Below, in pieces: positions 20,684 through 30,848 of a stretch of DNA of 64,000 bases (the stretch's first letter is position 1; every line of letters starts with the position of its first letter). Position numbers and translations under genes: made by a program. The notes under the pieces are model-generated. The model was not told where the DNA came from and did not search any database. It saw only the letters and a program-made list of their open reading frames with translations. This DNA comes from an uncultured Gemmatimonadales bacterium (GTDB taxonomy: Bacteria; Gemmatimonadota; Gemmatimonadetes; Gemmatimonadales; GWC2-71-9), in assembly GCA_963742755.1 (NCBI GenBank), contig CAVUMU010000002.1, positions 302,265-366,264 on the forward strand, in the 5' to 3' direction.

Positions 20684-21651
20684 GCCTCCGTGTAAGCGCC
20701 CATGGCCGCGTACTTCTCCGCCCGGCGCCGGACCAGCCGGTCCGGCTTACTCTTGCGCAGCTCGGTAACATGGCGGATCAAGGCCTCGCGCAGCGCCTCG
20801 CCGGCGGCATCGGGATCGACGTGGGCGCCCCCCACCGGCTCCTTGACGATCTCATCGATAACCTTGAGCCGTAGGAGGTCTTCAGCGGTAATCTTGAGCG
20901 CCTCGGCCGCCCGCTCACGCTGAGTGGCGTCCTTCCACAGGATGGCGGCACAGCCCTCGGGCGAGATCACCGAGTACACGGAGTTCTCCAGCATCAAGAC
21001 TCGATCCGCCACTCCGAGCGCCAGCGCGCCGCCCGAGCCACCCTCGCCGATGACCACCGCCACACAAGGCGTCGGGAGCGCCGACATCTCAAGGATGTTG
21101 CGAGCAAGCGCCTCCGACTGTCCCCGCTCCTCCGCCCCCAGCCCGGGGTACGCACCCGGCGTGTCGATGAGCGTGATGACCGGGCCGCCGAACTTGGCGG
21201 CGAGCTTCATCAAGCGAAGCGCCTTCCGGTAGCCCTCGGGGTGAGGCATTCCAAAATTGCGCTTCAGGTTGTCCTTGGTGTCCCGCCCCTTCTGGTGTCC
21301 GATCACCATGACCGACACGCCCGCCAGACGGGCCCATCCGCCGACGATTGCCGGATCATCCATGTAGAGCCGGTCGCCGTGGAGCTCGATAAAGTCGGTG
21401 AAGATGGTGCTGAGGTAGTCGAGGGTGTACGGCCTGCGGGGGTGCCGGGCCACCATCACCCGCTGCAGCGGAGTGAGCTCCCGATAGATCTCGGCACGGA
21501 GCGTTTCGAGCTTGCCCTGGAGCCCCTGCAGCTCGCCGTCGATGTCGATCTGGCGCTCGGTCCCAATGCGCTTGAGATCATCGATCTGCCGCTCCAGCTC
21601 GAGGAGCGGCTTCTCGAAGTCCAAAGTGTAGGCAGAAGCCATCGGGGTCAT
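20680..21651 (-). CDS. accA: acetyl-CoA carboxylase carboxyltransferase alpha subunit
   Basis: Full-length AccA similarity (DFEKPLLELERQIDDL ... TPGAYPG...ERGQSEA). 4-nt overlaps on both sides. Confidence 0.95.
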   Translation of the reverse strand: MTPMASAYTLDFEKPLLELERQIDDLKRIGTERQIDIDGELQGLQGKLETLRAEIYRELTPLQRVMVARHPRRPYTLDYLSTIFTDFIELHGDRLYMDDPAIVGGWARLAGVSVMVIGHQKGRDTKDNLKRNFGMPHPEGYRKALRLMKLAAKFGGPVITLIDTPGAYPGLGAEERGQSEALARNILEMSALPTPCVAVVIGEGGSGGALALGVADRVLMLENSVYSVISPEGCAAILWKDATQRERAAEALKITAEDLLRLKVIDEIVKEPVGGAHVDPDAAGEALREALIRHVTELRKSKPDRLVRRRAEKYAAMGAYTEA

Positions 21652-24600
21652 CCCGCCTTTACATAGTGGACGGAGTCGCTGCCCAGCAGCTCGCGCAATG
21701 CACGAACGAGGTCGTCTTCAGCCGCAACCCGGACTCGCCGCGACCGGAGTCGAACCGCCTCCCCGTTGCCGTCGCTCCATTCAATATAGAGCGGCGTAGG
21801 GCCCGGGTGCGCCGAACAGAGGGCGGCGACGGCCTGTAGCGCCGACGGCTGAAGTCCCGAGGGAGACCGCCAGCGGAGGCTGAGGGCGACGGCCCCCGAG
21901 GCCTTGAGGTCGGCCAGGTCCCGCGCGGCTTCCACGATGAAGGGAGCCTGATCCTCGCCTCGGTCCCGGTCGCTGTAACCGCCGGTGAGCAGGAGCGCCG
22001 CGTCGGGTAGGATGGTCTGGTTGAGCTTGGCCCAGGCATCCGGAAAGACGATAGCCTCCGCCGTGCCATGAAAATCCTCCAGCACCAGCCGGGCGTACTC
22101 CTTGCCCGTCTTCTTCGAGATCTGGCGCTTGACCCCGGTTACCACGGCGGCCACGCTCACCTGCTGCTCACCCCACTCGCTGAGGGTGGCCGTCGTGCGC
22201 GAGCCAAAGAGCTCCACCTCTTCCCGGTACCGCTCCAATGGGTGGCCTGAGATGAAGAAGCCCAGGACTTCCTTCTCCTTAGCCAGCCGCTCGGCTTCTG
22301 TCCAAGCGGGGATGTCGGGAATGATGGGAAGGTCGGGACGGGACGATGCGTTGACGCCTTCCTTCCCGTCTTCCCCGTCATTCCCGCCCTCTCCGAACAA
22401 CGACCCCTGCCCGGCCTCGCGCTCCTGGTTGCGCAGCTGGGCCTCGGCCAGCGCCGGCTCCAACACCTCGATCAGTTGTTTGCGGTGGCCCCCAAGCGAG
22501 TCGCAGGCCCCGGCGGCAACGAGGGACTCCAGCACCCGCTTATTGCACAGCCGCAAGTCGATCCGCTCCACCAGCTCGCCCAGCGTGCCGTAGGGAGCCT
22601 TATGCCGGCCGCCGATGATGGACGCGATCGCCCCTTCGCCCACGTTCCGCACCGCCCCCAGTCCGAAACGAATGCGTCGCTCGCCGATGACGGTGAACTT
22701 GAAGCCCGACTCGTTGACATCGGGAGGGAGGATCTCCAGCTCCAGCTCGCGCGCCTCGTTGATGTATTGTACCACCTTGTCGGTGTTGCCGATCTCCGAG
22801 GACAGGAGCGCGGCCATGAATTCGGCTGGGTAGTGGGCCTTGAGCCACGCGGTCTGGTAGGAGAGGATCGAGTAGGCCACCGAGTGCGATTTGTTGAAGC
22901 CGTAGCGACCGAAGGTGACGATCTGCCGCCCGAGCTCCTCTACCATGGACCGCGGGTGACCCAGCGCCACCGCCCGCTCCACGAACTTCGCGACCTCCTG
23001 ATTCGCCAGGTCCTGGTCTTTCTTGCCGACGGCTTTCCGGAGCACGTCGGCTTCCGCCAGGCTGAAGCCGGCGAGCACGTTGGCGATCCGCATCACCTGC
23101 TCCTGGTAGGTGATGACGCCATAAGTCGGCTCCAGCACCTCCCGGAGTGCCGGGTGGGGATAGGTCACTTTCTCCTGGCCCAGCTTCCGACGGATGAACA
23201 CAATGTGCATTCCTGCGTCCAGCGGGCCGGGGCGGAGCAGGGCGTTGGATGCCACCAGGTCGTCGAACCGGTCGCATCTCATCGCGCGAAGCGTGTCGGT
23301 GGCCAGCGGTGACTCGAACTGGAAGACGCCGGCGGTACGGCCCTGCCGCAGCAGCTCGTAGACCTTGGGGTCGTCGAAGGTCAGGGTCTCCATGTCGGGC
23401 CTGGTGCCGTGGCGCTCGCCGATCATGTTGACCGCGTCGTGGATCACGGTGAGTGTCTTGAGGCCCAGGAGGTCCATCTTGAGCATGCCGACCTTCTCCA
23501 GCGCCCCCATCTCGTACTGCGTAATGATGGATTCGCCTTCGGCAGCGGCGCCGGCGCCCCGGGTCGGGGCGGTGCACACCGGCACGTACTCGGAGAGCGG
23601 ACCGGGAGCGATCACCACCCCGGCCGCGTGCACCGACATGTGGCGGGAGATCCCCTCGATCCGCGAGCTCAGCTTAACCAGGCGCTCATAGGAGGGATTG
23701 TCCCGGATCAGGTCGCGCAGCTCGTCCACCTTCTTGGCGGCCTCCTGGACCGTAAGGCTGTAGGCCGGACCGGAGGGGATGAGCTTGGTAATGCGATCGG
23801 CCTCCCCGGGTGGGATCCTGAGAACCCGAGCAACATCCTTCACCGCCGCCCGGGCCTTCATGGTGCCGAAGGTGACGATCTGGCCGACGCTGGTGCGGCC
23901 GTAACGCTCCCGGACGTACTCGATCACCTCGCCCCGGCGCTCGAAGCAGAAGTCCACGTCGATATCCGGCATCGACACCCGCTCGGGGTTCAGGAACCGC
24001 TCGAACAGCAGGTCGAACTTGAGCGGATCCACATCGGTAATCCCAAGCGCATAGGCCACCAGCGAGCCGGCCACCGATCCCCGGCCAGGGCCGACTGGAA
24101 TGCCCCGCTCGCGCGCCGCCGCGATGAAATCCTGGACGATGAGGAAATAGCCGGCGTATCCAGCCGTGTTGATGACACCCAGCTCGTAAGCGAGACGGTC
24201 CCGGACCACGTCGGGCCAGGGCAGCCCGTAACGCCGCTCGGCACCAGTGGTCGCGAGGTGGTTGAGCAGGGCCTCGTCCGACGGGTACTCGGCGGGGCGG
24301 GGAAACTCGGGCAGGAAGTAGCGCTTCTCGAAGTCGAACTCGCACAGGCCGGCCACGACGCCGGTGTTGGCCAGCGTGTCCGGCCGATCCGGAAACAGTG
24401 CCTGCATCTCGGCTTCCGACTTCACGTACGATTCCTGGCCGGTGAACCGAAAGCGCTTCGGGTCGTCCAGATCGCTTCCCGTACCGATGGCCAGCAGCAC
24501 GTCGTGCGACTCGGCATCCTCGCGCTTGAGGTAGTGCGCATCGTTGGTGGCGACCACGCCGATGCCGAGCTCCTGGCCCAGCCGCAGCATCCCCTCGGTG

Positions 24601-25160
24601 ACCAGCCGTTCCTCCGGGAGGCCGTGTTGCTGGATCTCGAGCCAGAACCCGGCCGGTCCGAAGGTCTGGCTGAACCATTCCGCGCTGCGTCTGGCCTCCT
24701 CGAATCTCCCCTGCCGGAGATGGAGCGCCACTTCCCCTGAGAGACATGCCGCCAGGCAGACGATGCCCTCGGAGTGGGCCGCGAGTACCTCGCGGTCGAT
24801 TCGGGGCCGGCGGTAGAACCCCTCGACAAAACCGATCGAGGTGAGCCGGATCAGGTTTCGGTAGCCGGTGCGATTCTTGGCCAGCAGGACCAGATGGCTG
24901 TACGGGGCGGGCGCGCCCGGAGGCTTCTCACGGGCCGTCCGTGGGCCGAACGCAAGGTAGGCCTCGAAGCCGAGGATCGGCCGGATCTTCTGGGCCTTGG
25001 CGTGCTCGTAGAAGCTCCACGCCGCGTGCATGTTGCCGTGGTCGGTGACCGCCAGACTGTCCATGCCCAGCTTCTTGACGTGGGTAACCAGGTCAGGGAT
25101 CCGGTTGGCCCCGTCCAGCAGAGAGTATTCGCTATGGGTATGGAGATGAACGAAAGACAT
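21648..25160 (-). CDS. dnaE: DNA polymerase III alpha subunit
   Basis: PHP domain start MSFVHLHTHSEYSLLDG. 1170 aa, collinear with DnaE. Confidence 0.98.
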   Translation of the reverse strand: MSFVHLHTHSEYSLLDGANRIPDLVTHVKKLGMDSLAVTDHGNMHAAWSFYEHAKAQKIRPILGFEAYLAFGPRTAREKPPGAPAPYSHLVLLAKNRTGYRNLIRLTSIGFVEGFYRRPRIDREVLAAHSEGIVCLAACLSGEVALHLRQGRFEEARRSAEWFSQTFGPAGFWLEIQQHGLPEERLVTEGMLRLGQELGIGVVATNDAHYLKREDAESHDVLLAIGTGSDLDDPKRFRFTGQESYVKSEAEMQALFPDRPDTLANTGVVAGLCEFDFEKRYFLPEFPRPAEYPSDEALLNHLATTGAERRYGLPWPDVVRDRLAYELGVINTAGYAGYFLIVQDFIAAARERGIPVGPGRGSVAGSLVAYALGITDVDPLKFDLLFERFLNPERVSMPDIDVDFCFERRGEVIEYVRERYGRTSVGQIVTFGTMKARAAVKDVARVLRIPPGEADRITKLIPSGPAYSLTVQEAAKKVDELRDLIRDNPSYERLVKLSSRIEGISRHMSVHAAGVVIAPGPLSEYVPVCTAPTRGAGAAAEGESIITQYEMGALEKVGMLKMDLLGLKTLTVIHDAVNMIGERHGTRPDMETLTFDDPKVYELLRQGRTAGVFQFESPLATDTLRAMRCDRFDDLVASNALLRPGPLDAGMHIVFIRRKLGQEKVTYPHPALREVLEPTYGVITYQEQVMRIANVLAGFSLAEADVLRKAVGKKDQDLANQEVAKFVERAVALGHPRSMVEELGRQIVTFGRYGFNKSHSVAYSILSYQTAWLKAHYPAEFMAALLSSEIGNTDKVVQYINEARELELEILPPDVNESGFKFTVIGERRIRFGLGAVRNVGEGAIASIIGGRHKAPYGTLGELVERIDLRLCNKRVLESLVAAGACDSLGGHRKQLIEVLEPALAEAQLRNQEREAGQGSLFGEGGNDGEDGKEGVNASSRPDLPIIPDIPAWTEAERLAKEKEVLGFFISGHPLERYREEVELFGSRTTATLSEWGEQQVSVAAVVTGVKRQISKKTGKEYARLVLEDFHGTAEAIVFPDAWAKLNQTILPDAALLLTGGYSDRDRGEDQAPFIVEAARDLADLKASGAVALSLRWRSPSGLQPSALQAVAALCSAHPGPTPLYIEWSDGNGEAVRLRSRRVRVAAEDDLVRALRELLGSDSVHYVKAG

Positions 25161-25170
25161 GTAGGCCTTG

Positions 25171-25237
25171 GGGCTATGGGCTATGGGCTATGGGCTGTTC
25201 CGGTTCGACCCGCAGCCCATAGCCCATAGCCCATAGC
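25171..25237. repeat. tandem-heptamer hairpin (GGGCTAT)3 / (ATAGCCC)3
   Basis: 25-bp perfect stem (25173-25197 vs 25213-25237) with a 15-nt loop, between the hisIE stop and the dnaE start. Confidence 0.9.
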
Positions 25238-25240
25238 TCC

Positions 25241-25894
25241 TCACCGTGCTCTGGACTCCAGCTCACGTAACACGGCATCCAGCGGGACACCACGGGCCTG
25301 GAGGAGCACCAGAAGATGATAGAGGAGATCGGCCGCCTCGGACGCGAGACGTTCGTCGTCCTCCGAATTTGCCGCAACTACCACTTCCACCGCTTCCTCG
25401 CCCACCTTCTGCGAGGCCTTGCCGACGCCCTGGGCCAGCAGCTCGGCGGTATAGGACCCCCTGGGCTGGTCGGTGGCCCGCTGAGCGATGGTTCTAGCCA
25501 ACCGGCTCAGCACGTGGCCCCCCGGATCCTCTTCCGCCATGCTCCCGTCCGCCGGGCCACCCGTCCGCCCCATTACCGTCGAGAAGCAGGTGCGCGTCCC
25601 GGTGTGGCATGCCGGCCCGGTCTGTTCCACCCGATACAGGACCGTGTCGCCGTCGCAATCGAGCCGGACTTCGAGGATGCGCTGGACATGGCCGGACGTC
25701 TCACCCTTCTGCCACAGCACGCCGCGGGATCTACTGTAGTAGTGAGCCAAGCCGGTGGCGAGGGTACGGTTGAGCGCGTCCCGGTTGGCAAACGCAACCA
25801 TCAGGACGTCGCCGGAACGGCTTTCCTGGGTCACGACAGGCACTAGTCCGTCAGCACCGAACCTGACCGCCGACAGCCGTTTGTTCTCGGGCAC
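25241..25894 (-). CDS. hisIE: bifunctional phosphoribosyl-AMP cyclohydrolase / phosphoribosyl-ATP pyrophosphatase
   Basis: A HisI domain (LVPVVTQES...CHTGTRTCF) is fused to a HisE domain ([22 protein letters not shown]). Confidence 0.92.
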   Translation of the reverse strand: MPENKRLSAVRFGADGLVPVVTQESRSGDVLMVAFANRDALNRTLATGLAHYYSRSRGVLWQKGETSGHVQRILEVRLDCDGDTVLYRVEQTGPACHTGTRTCFSTVMGRTGGPADGSMAEEDPGGHVLSRLARTIAQRATDQPRGSYTAELLAQGVGKASQKVGEEAVEVVVAANSEDDERLASEAADLLYHLLVLLQARGVPLDAVLRELESRAR

Positions 25895-26017
25895 GGAGAG
25901 AACCTACCGGCAGGTTGTCGGATTGTCAAAAGCCCTTGCGGCGCCTTATTTTGTGAAGGTCCGCGGGTGATCCTTCCGGTCCAGGTCCCCTTGTCCAGCC
26001 ACAGGAGTGGTCCTCAC

Positions 26018-27691
26018 GTGCGACGTTCGCGCTCGCTTCTGATCGCCCTATTCGGTGGTCTCGTCCTCGCGGCCTGCAGCGAGGGGACCGGGCCCGGCGC
26101 GGGTCCCTCGCTGGACTGCTCCGAGGCCAACTCTCAGGTCCTGGCGGTCGGGGAGCACCGTGTTCTCGACCCCAATGAGACCGATGCCTGCATCCGCCTG
26201 CCTGCCGCAGGTGCCTCCGGGGCTCAACATCTCTATGTGCAGGTTGCCACCGAAGGGACAGAAACCGAAGACGGGGTCCGGACGGACTACCGGATACAAG
26301 GGTCTTCTCCGACCGCGGCGGCCGCGCGGCGGGTCCCGTCTCCCCTGCTGTCCGCGTTCCGTCCACCGGTACGAGCCGCCGCGTTCCACGCCATGCTTCG
26401 AGAGCGGGAACGGGCCCTGTCCCAGAGTCCGACCCAGGCACTTTTCGACCGAGGCCGGGTGCCTTCGTTGGCGACCGTCCCGGTCCTTGGCACCCAGCGC
26501 ACGTTCGATGTCTGCTCCACACCGACCTGTAATGCCTTCGTACAGGCGACCGCCACCGCCCGTGTGGTCGGCGACCGGGTAGCGATCTACGTCGACGACG
26601 ACGCGCCCGCCGGAGGTTACTCCGATCCAGACCTGGTCGACGTGGGCACCCTGTTCGACAACTTCCTCTATCCCATCGACACTACCGCCTTCGGCCGGGA
26701 ATCGGACATCGACGCCAACGGCGTGGTGATTGTCCTGCTGACTCACCGGGTGAATGCCCTGAGCCCGAACTGCACCGCCGAGGGCAGCGTCATTCTGGGG
26801 TACTTCTTCGGCGCCGACCTGCTGCCCCGCTCAGGCAACAATCCCGGCTCGAACGAGGGGGAGATCTTCTATGGCCTGGTTCCGGACCCCCTTAATGGCG
26901 CCTGTGATATCCCCCTGGACTTCGCCCGCCGGCGCCTGCCGGCGACGTTCATTCACGAATTCCAGCACATGATCAGCTTCAACCAGCACCGGCTGGTCCG
27001 GGGAGCGAGCGCGGAGGACATCTGGCTGAACGAAGGACTCTCCCATTTTGCCGAGGAGCTCGGCGCCCGGCTCCTGCCGCCCGCGGAGTGCGCATCCGGG
27101 TCTTGTTTCGATGATTTTCTGAGAATGGGCGACATCGCCAACGCATTCGCCTACCTCGATTCAACCGAGGCTTTTTTCCTGATCGAGCCGGGGAGCTCGA
27201 ATGGGACCCTGGAGGAACGAGGCGCCAACTGGCTCTTCGTCCGTTGGCTGGCAGATCACTTCGCCACCGACAGCGTGCTGGGCACCGACCTCACCCGGCG
27301 GCTGGTCGCGACCACCCAGGTGGGCGCCTCCAACGTTGCTGCTCAGACCGGAGTCGCGTTCTCGATTCTGGTTCCCGAGTGGCAGATGACCAATTATCTG
27401 GACGACCTCTCCGGCTTCAATCAGCCCGGCTCGCGGCTCCGCTACAAGACCTGGAACTTCCGCCAGGTCTTCCAGGACTCCCTGGTGAGCTCCTTTCCGC
27501 TGATACCGGACAACACCTCCGGAACCGGCTACAACCATACCGGGGTCCTGCGAGCCGGATCGGGCCACCACGTATTGGTTACCCAGGCCGCCGCTGCGCC
27601 GCTGGTCGATCTTCTGCTCAGCGCACCCTCGGGCACCGAGCCGGTGTCGCCTACGGTCGATGCGCGCATCGGCCTGGTCCGGATCCGGTGA
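26018..27691 (+). CDS. secreted lipoprotein zinc metalloprotease (HExxH, possibly M30-like)
   Basis: Lipoprotein signal MRRSRSLLIALFGGLVLAAC. HEFQHM plus a downstream NEGLSHFAEE. An alternative upstream GTG lies at 25967. Confidence 0.65.
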   Translation: MRRSRSLLIALFGGLVLAACSEGTGPGAGPSLDCSEANSQVLAVGEHRVLDPNETDACIRLPAAGASGAQHLYVQVATEGTETEDGVRTDYRIQGSSPTAAAARRVPSPLLSAFRPPVRAAAFHAMLRERERALSQSPTQALFDRGRVPSLATVPVLGTQRTFDVCSTPTCNAFVQATATARVVGDRVAIYVDDDAPAGGYSDPDLVDVGTLFDNFLYPIDTTAFGRESDIDANGVVIVLLTHRVNALSPNCTAEGSVILGYFFGADLLPRSGNNPGSNEGEIFYGLVPDPLNGACDIPLDFARRRLPATFIHEFQHMISFNQHRLVRGASAEDIWLNEGLSHFAEELGARLLPPAECASGSCFDDFLRMGDIANAFAYLDSTEAFFLIEPGSSNGTLEERGANWLFVRWLADHFATDSVLGTDLTRRLVATTQVGASNVAAQTGVAFSILVPEWQMTNYLDDLSGFNQPGSRLRYKTWNFRQVFQDSLVSSFPLIPDNTSGTGYNHTGVLRAGSGHHVLVTQAAAAPLVDLLLSAPSGTEPVSPTVDARIGLVRIR

Positions 27692-28779
27692 AGCGTATGG
27701 TCTTCTTTGCCCTCGTCGCCGCGTTGTTTGCCGGGTACGGAACCGCCTACCTCGCCAGCGATGATGTCCGTTACCTGACCCGGGCCGGATTCGAGGAAAC
27801 CCGGATCCTCCAGTCGCGGCAGCCGATCGCCCGGCTGGTGCGGGACAGCTCAACCGACCCTGTCCTTCGCCAGACCCTGGGGCTCGTTCTGGCCTCCCGC
27901 GACTATGCCGCCCGACTCGGACTCGAGGCCAAGGAGACCTATACGTCGTATTCGGACGTGGGCCGTGACACCCTCCTGCTGGTGCTCCAGGCAGCGCCCA
28001 AGAACTGCATCTGCCCGTATACCTGGAAGTACCCGATTGTGGGGCGGATACCCTACAAGGGGTTCTTCGATCCCCGTGCCGCACGGCGAGAGGCGGACCG
28101 CTTTGCGGCGAAGGGATATGACATTTACCTCCGTCCCTCCGGCGCATTCTCGACGCTGGGATGGTTCGAGGACCCGCTGCTGTCCACGGCCATCTCGGGG
28201 GACTCGGTCGAGCTGGCCGCTACCGTCTTCCACGAGATTGCGCATAACACGCTGTACGTAAAGAGCGCCACGCCGTTCAACGAGAGCTTTGCTCAGATGG
28301 TCGGCTATCGCTCCGCGGAAGCGTTTTTCCGGGAGCGAGGCGACAGCCTCAACGCGGCCCACGCGGCCAACCGCTGGCACGACGAGATCGTCCTGGGCGA
28401 CTACTACTCGGCCCTGGTGCGCCGTCTGGATTCACTCTACGGCCACAAGCCGGATTCGGCGGCGCTGGAGGCGGGGCGGAGAGAGACCGCCGTGTGGGCC
28501 CGGTCCCAGCTTACCGGACCCATCGCCCAGCGGCTTCGCACCTTCCGGGTCGACCGGATGGCGGAGCGGCCGATCAACAACGCCCAGCTGATCGGCGCCC
28601 GGATCTATCGCACCCGGCTGGATCTCTTCGACCGGTGGTTCGAACGACATGGCGGGGATGTCCGGCAGAGCGTCAGTGCACTCGGGAAGCTGATGGAGGG
28701 GGTCGAAGGCGACAGCGCTTACGGCAGGCTGGGACGGGCGGTCGGAGACTCCACTGCAACTGACGAGCACTCCCCATGA
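27688..28779 (+). CDS. predicted aminopeptidase (DUF2265-like, HExxH)
   Basis: FHEIAHNTLYV motif and an N-terminal anchor. The GTG at 27688 overlaps the upstream stop; an ATG at 27697 is the alternative start. Confidence 0.7.
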   Translation: MKRMVFFALVAALFAGYGTAYLASDDVRYLTRAGFEETRILQSRQPIARLVRDSSTDPVLRQTLGLVLASRDYAARLGLEAKETYTSYSDVGRDTLLLVLQAAPKNCICPYTWKYPIVGRIPYKGFFDPRAARREADRFAAKGYDIYLRPSGAFSTLGWFEDPLLSTAISGDSVELAATVFHEIAHNTLYVKSATPFNESFAQMVGYRSAEAFFRERGDSLNAAHAANRWHDEIVLGDYYSALVRRLDSLYGHKPDSAALEAGRRETAVWARSQLTGPIAQRLRTFRVDRMAERPINNAQLIGARIYRTRLDLFDRWFERHGGDVRQSVSALGKLMEGVEGDSAYGRLGRAVGDSTATDEHSP

Positions 28780-30194
28780 GAGAAGGCTTTGTCAAACGTG
28801 AGCAAGCCCGCCTGCTGGGCGAGCTGAGCGAATTCCTCTCCATCCCCAGCGTCAGCGCGCTCCCGGCGCATGCCCCGGATTGCCGCAGGGCCGCAGAGTG
28901 GTTGAGCACCCACCTGCGCGGCCTGGGCTGCCCGGTGGTAAACATCATCGAAGGTCCTGGCCACCCGGTGGTCTGGGCAGAGAGCCCTGCGGTGGCGGAC
29001 CGACCAACGCTGCTGATCTACGGCCACTATGATGTCCAGCCGCCCGACCCACTGGATGAGTGGATCAGCGAGCCCTTCACGCCTACCGTGCGGGACGGAG
29101 GCCTCTACGCCCGTGGCGCTGCCGATGACAAAGGGCAGGTCTTCTGCCTGCTGAAGGCGTATGAAGCGGTGCTCGACTCCAGGCGCATGCCTCCTCTTAA
29201 CGTGCACTTCATCTTCGAGGGTGAGGAGGAGTGTGGCGGCAAGGTCATCTTCGATCTGCTGCACAACGAGCCGGCGCGGACCCGGGCAGATGCCGCCCTG
29301 GTGTGCGACATGTCCTACTACGCGCCCGGCTGGCCCGCCGTGTACACCGCGCTCCGTGGGCTGTGCTACGCAGAGATCTCGGTCCGCACCCTGGAGCGCG
29401 ACCTCCACTCGGGGACCTACGGCGGCGTGGCCCCCAATGGACTGGAAACGCTGGTCCGGATCCTTGCTCAGCTCAAGTCGCCGACCGGCGAGATCCGGAT
29501 TCCCGGGCTCTACGAAGCGGTCCAGGCTCCGACCAGAGAGGAGCTCGACACCTGGAAGCGCCTGCCCTTCGACCAGGAGCGCTTCCTCAGCGACGAGGTC
29601 ACCGGCAGGGCCCTTACCGGTCTCACCGACCGGTCGGTATACGAGAGAGTCTGGGCCCTGCCCACCCTGGAAATACACGGCATCAAGGGTGGCTTTGTCG
29701 GCGAAGGGGCCAAGACGGTGATTCCGGCCCAGGCGACGGCCAAGGTGAGTCTGCGCCTGGTGCCCGGCCAGCAGGTGGCGGAAGTCGGTCGCGCCCTGGA
29801 GCGCGCGGTGGCGGCGCTGGCCCCCGGGTGGGCCGACGTGAAAGTGACGGTCCTGCACGGAGGCGACCCGGTCCAGGTGGACGTCAACCATCCCGCATTC
29901 GAAATCCTGAACGAGGCCTTCGAAGCGGTGGAAGGACGGAAGGCAGTGCAGGTGCGGGCCGGCGGGTCGATTCCGATCGTTCCCGAGCTCGGCCTCAGCG
30001 GGGCGCCGGTCATTCTCACCGGAATTGGTCTTCCCGACGACGGGCTCCACTCCCCGAACGAGAAGCTGGAGCTGCGCCAGCTCTGGAACGGGATCGAGAT
30101 ATTCGGACGATTCTTCGAGTTATTTGCCGAGAAGGGCGGGGAGGGAAGACAGGCGGCGACGGCCAGCACAAAGCGCCAACGCACCGCACGGTAG
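28776..30194 (+). CDS. M20 family dipeptidase
   Basis: Motifs GHYDVQP, ARGAADDKG and FEGEEECGG. 4-nt overlap with the upstream gene. Confidence 0.9.
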   Translation: MREGFVKREQARLLGELSEFLSIPSVSALPAHAPDCRRAAEWLSTHLRGLGCPVVNIIEGPGHPVVWAESPAVADRPTLLIYGHYDVQPPDPLDEWISEPFTPTVRDGGLYARGAADDKGQVFCLLKAYEAVLDSRRMPPLNVHFIFEGEEECGGKVIFDLLHNEPARTRADAALVCDMSYYAPGWPAVYTALRGLCYAEISVRTLERDLHSGTYGGVAPNGLETLVRILAQLKSPTGEIRIPGLYEAVQAPTREELDTWKRLPFDQERFLSDEVTGRALTGLTDRSVYERVWALPTLEIHGIKGGFVGEGAKTVIPAQATAKVSLRLVPGQQVAEVGRALERAVAALAPGWADVKVTVLHGGDPVQVDVNHPAFEILNEAFEAVEGRKAVQVRAGGSIPIVPELGLSGAPVILTGIGLPDDGLHSPNEKLELRQLWNGIEIFGRFFELFAEKGGEGRQAATASTKRQRTAR

Positions 30195-30212
30195 GCGCGC
30201 CAGCCTGCGGAC

Positions 30213-30764
30213 CTACTCTTCGTCGGGCGTGATGCGCTTGACCGGTCCCGAGTAGCGGGCTTCGGTACGGGCATGGAGCTCATCTACGCCAATCAACGCG
30301 CGCACTGAGGCGATGACCCCTGCCACCACGTCATCCGCCCAGTAGGGATCCGGACGCTCGCCGGCCGGGAGGATCACCGTCTGGCCCTCCAGGTATCGGA
30401 TGGCGGTGGTGATCCATTCGGTCTGGGCCGAGGCCACAATGGCCCAGGATCCGGTGGAGCGAAGCTCCAGCTCCTCCAGGGCCTTCAGGTGCTCCTCCAC
30501 CCCTTCCGTCACCGGCTTCGAGCGCAGCCGATCGGCCACCATCGACAGGACCTGCCGGCGCTCGGTCTCCTGCGGCTCCGGCAGCGGGGCGAGGTAGTTC
30601 CGCTGATCGGCGACCATTTCCGCCAGGCGGATGCACACCGCCCGGATGGCCGGCATGAGTGCCCGCGGGGCCTCCCGCGACCAGCTGTCGGCCGCGCGCA
30701 GGATCTCCTGGATCCGCTGGTCCGCCTGGGCGTCAGGCGAGGGGTGTCGGGTCGAATCGGGCAT
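30213..30764 (-). CDS. hypothetical protein
   Basis: 183-aa ORF with coding GC3 bias, last gene of the lip/pdh transcription direction. No recognisable motif. Confidence 0.45.
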   Translation of the reverse strand: MPDSTRHPSPDAQADQRIQEILRAADSWSREAPRALMPAIRAVCIRLAEMVADQRNYLAPLPEPQETERRQVLSMVADRLRSKPVTEGVEEHLKALEELELRSTGSWAIVASAQTEWITTAIRYLEGQTVILPAGERPDPYWADDVVAGVIASVRALIGVDELHARTEARYSGPVKRITPDEE

Positions 30765-30848
30765 GGTAGGGAGAAAAACTCATTGGTGTCCAGAAGGCAA
30801 CCGCGCAGAACAAGGGCGAGGCGGGAGTGGCGAACCAGGCGGAATGAG

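Noticed and set aside
25171-25237. The heptamer arrays as possible CRISPR or other spacer-containing arrays.
   Set aside because: The units are 7 nt and directly abutting with no spacers. No cas genes are present, and each array has an inverted partner.
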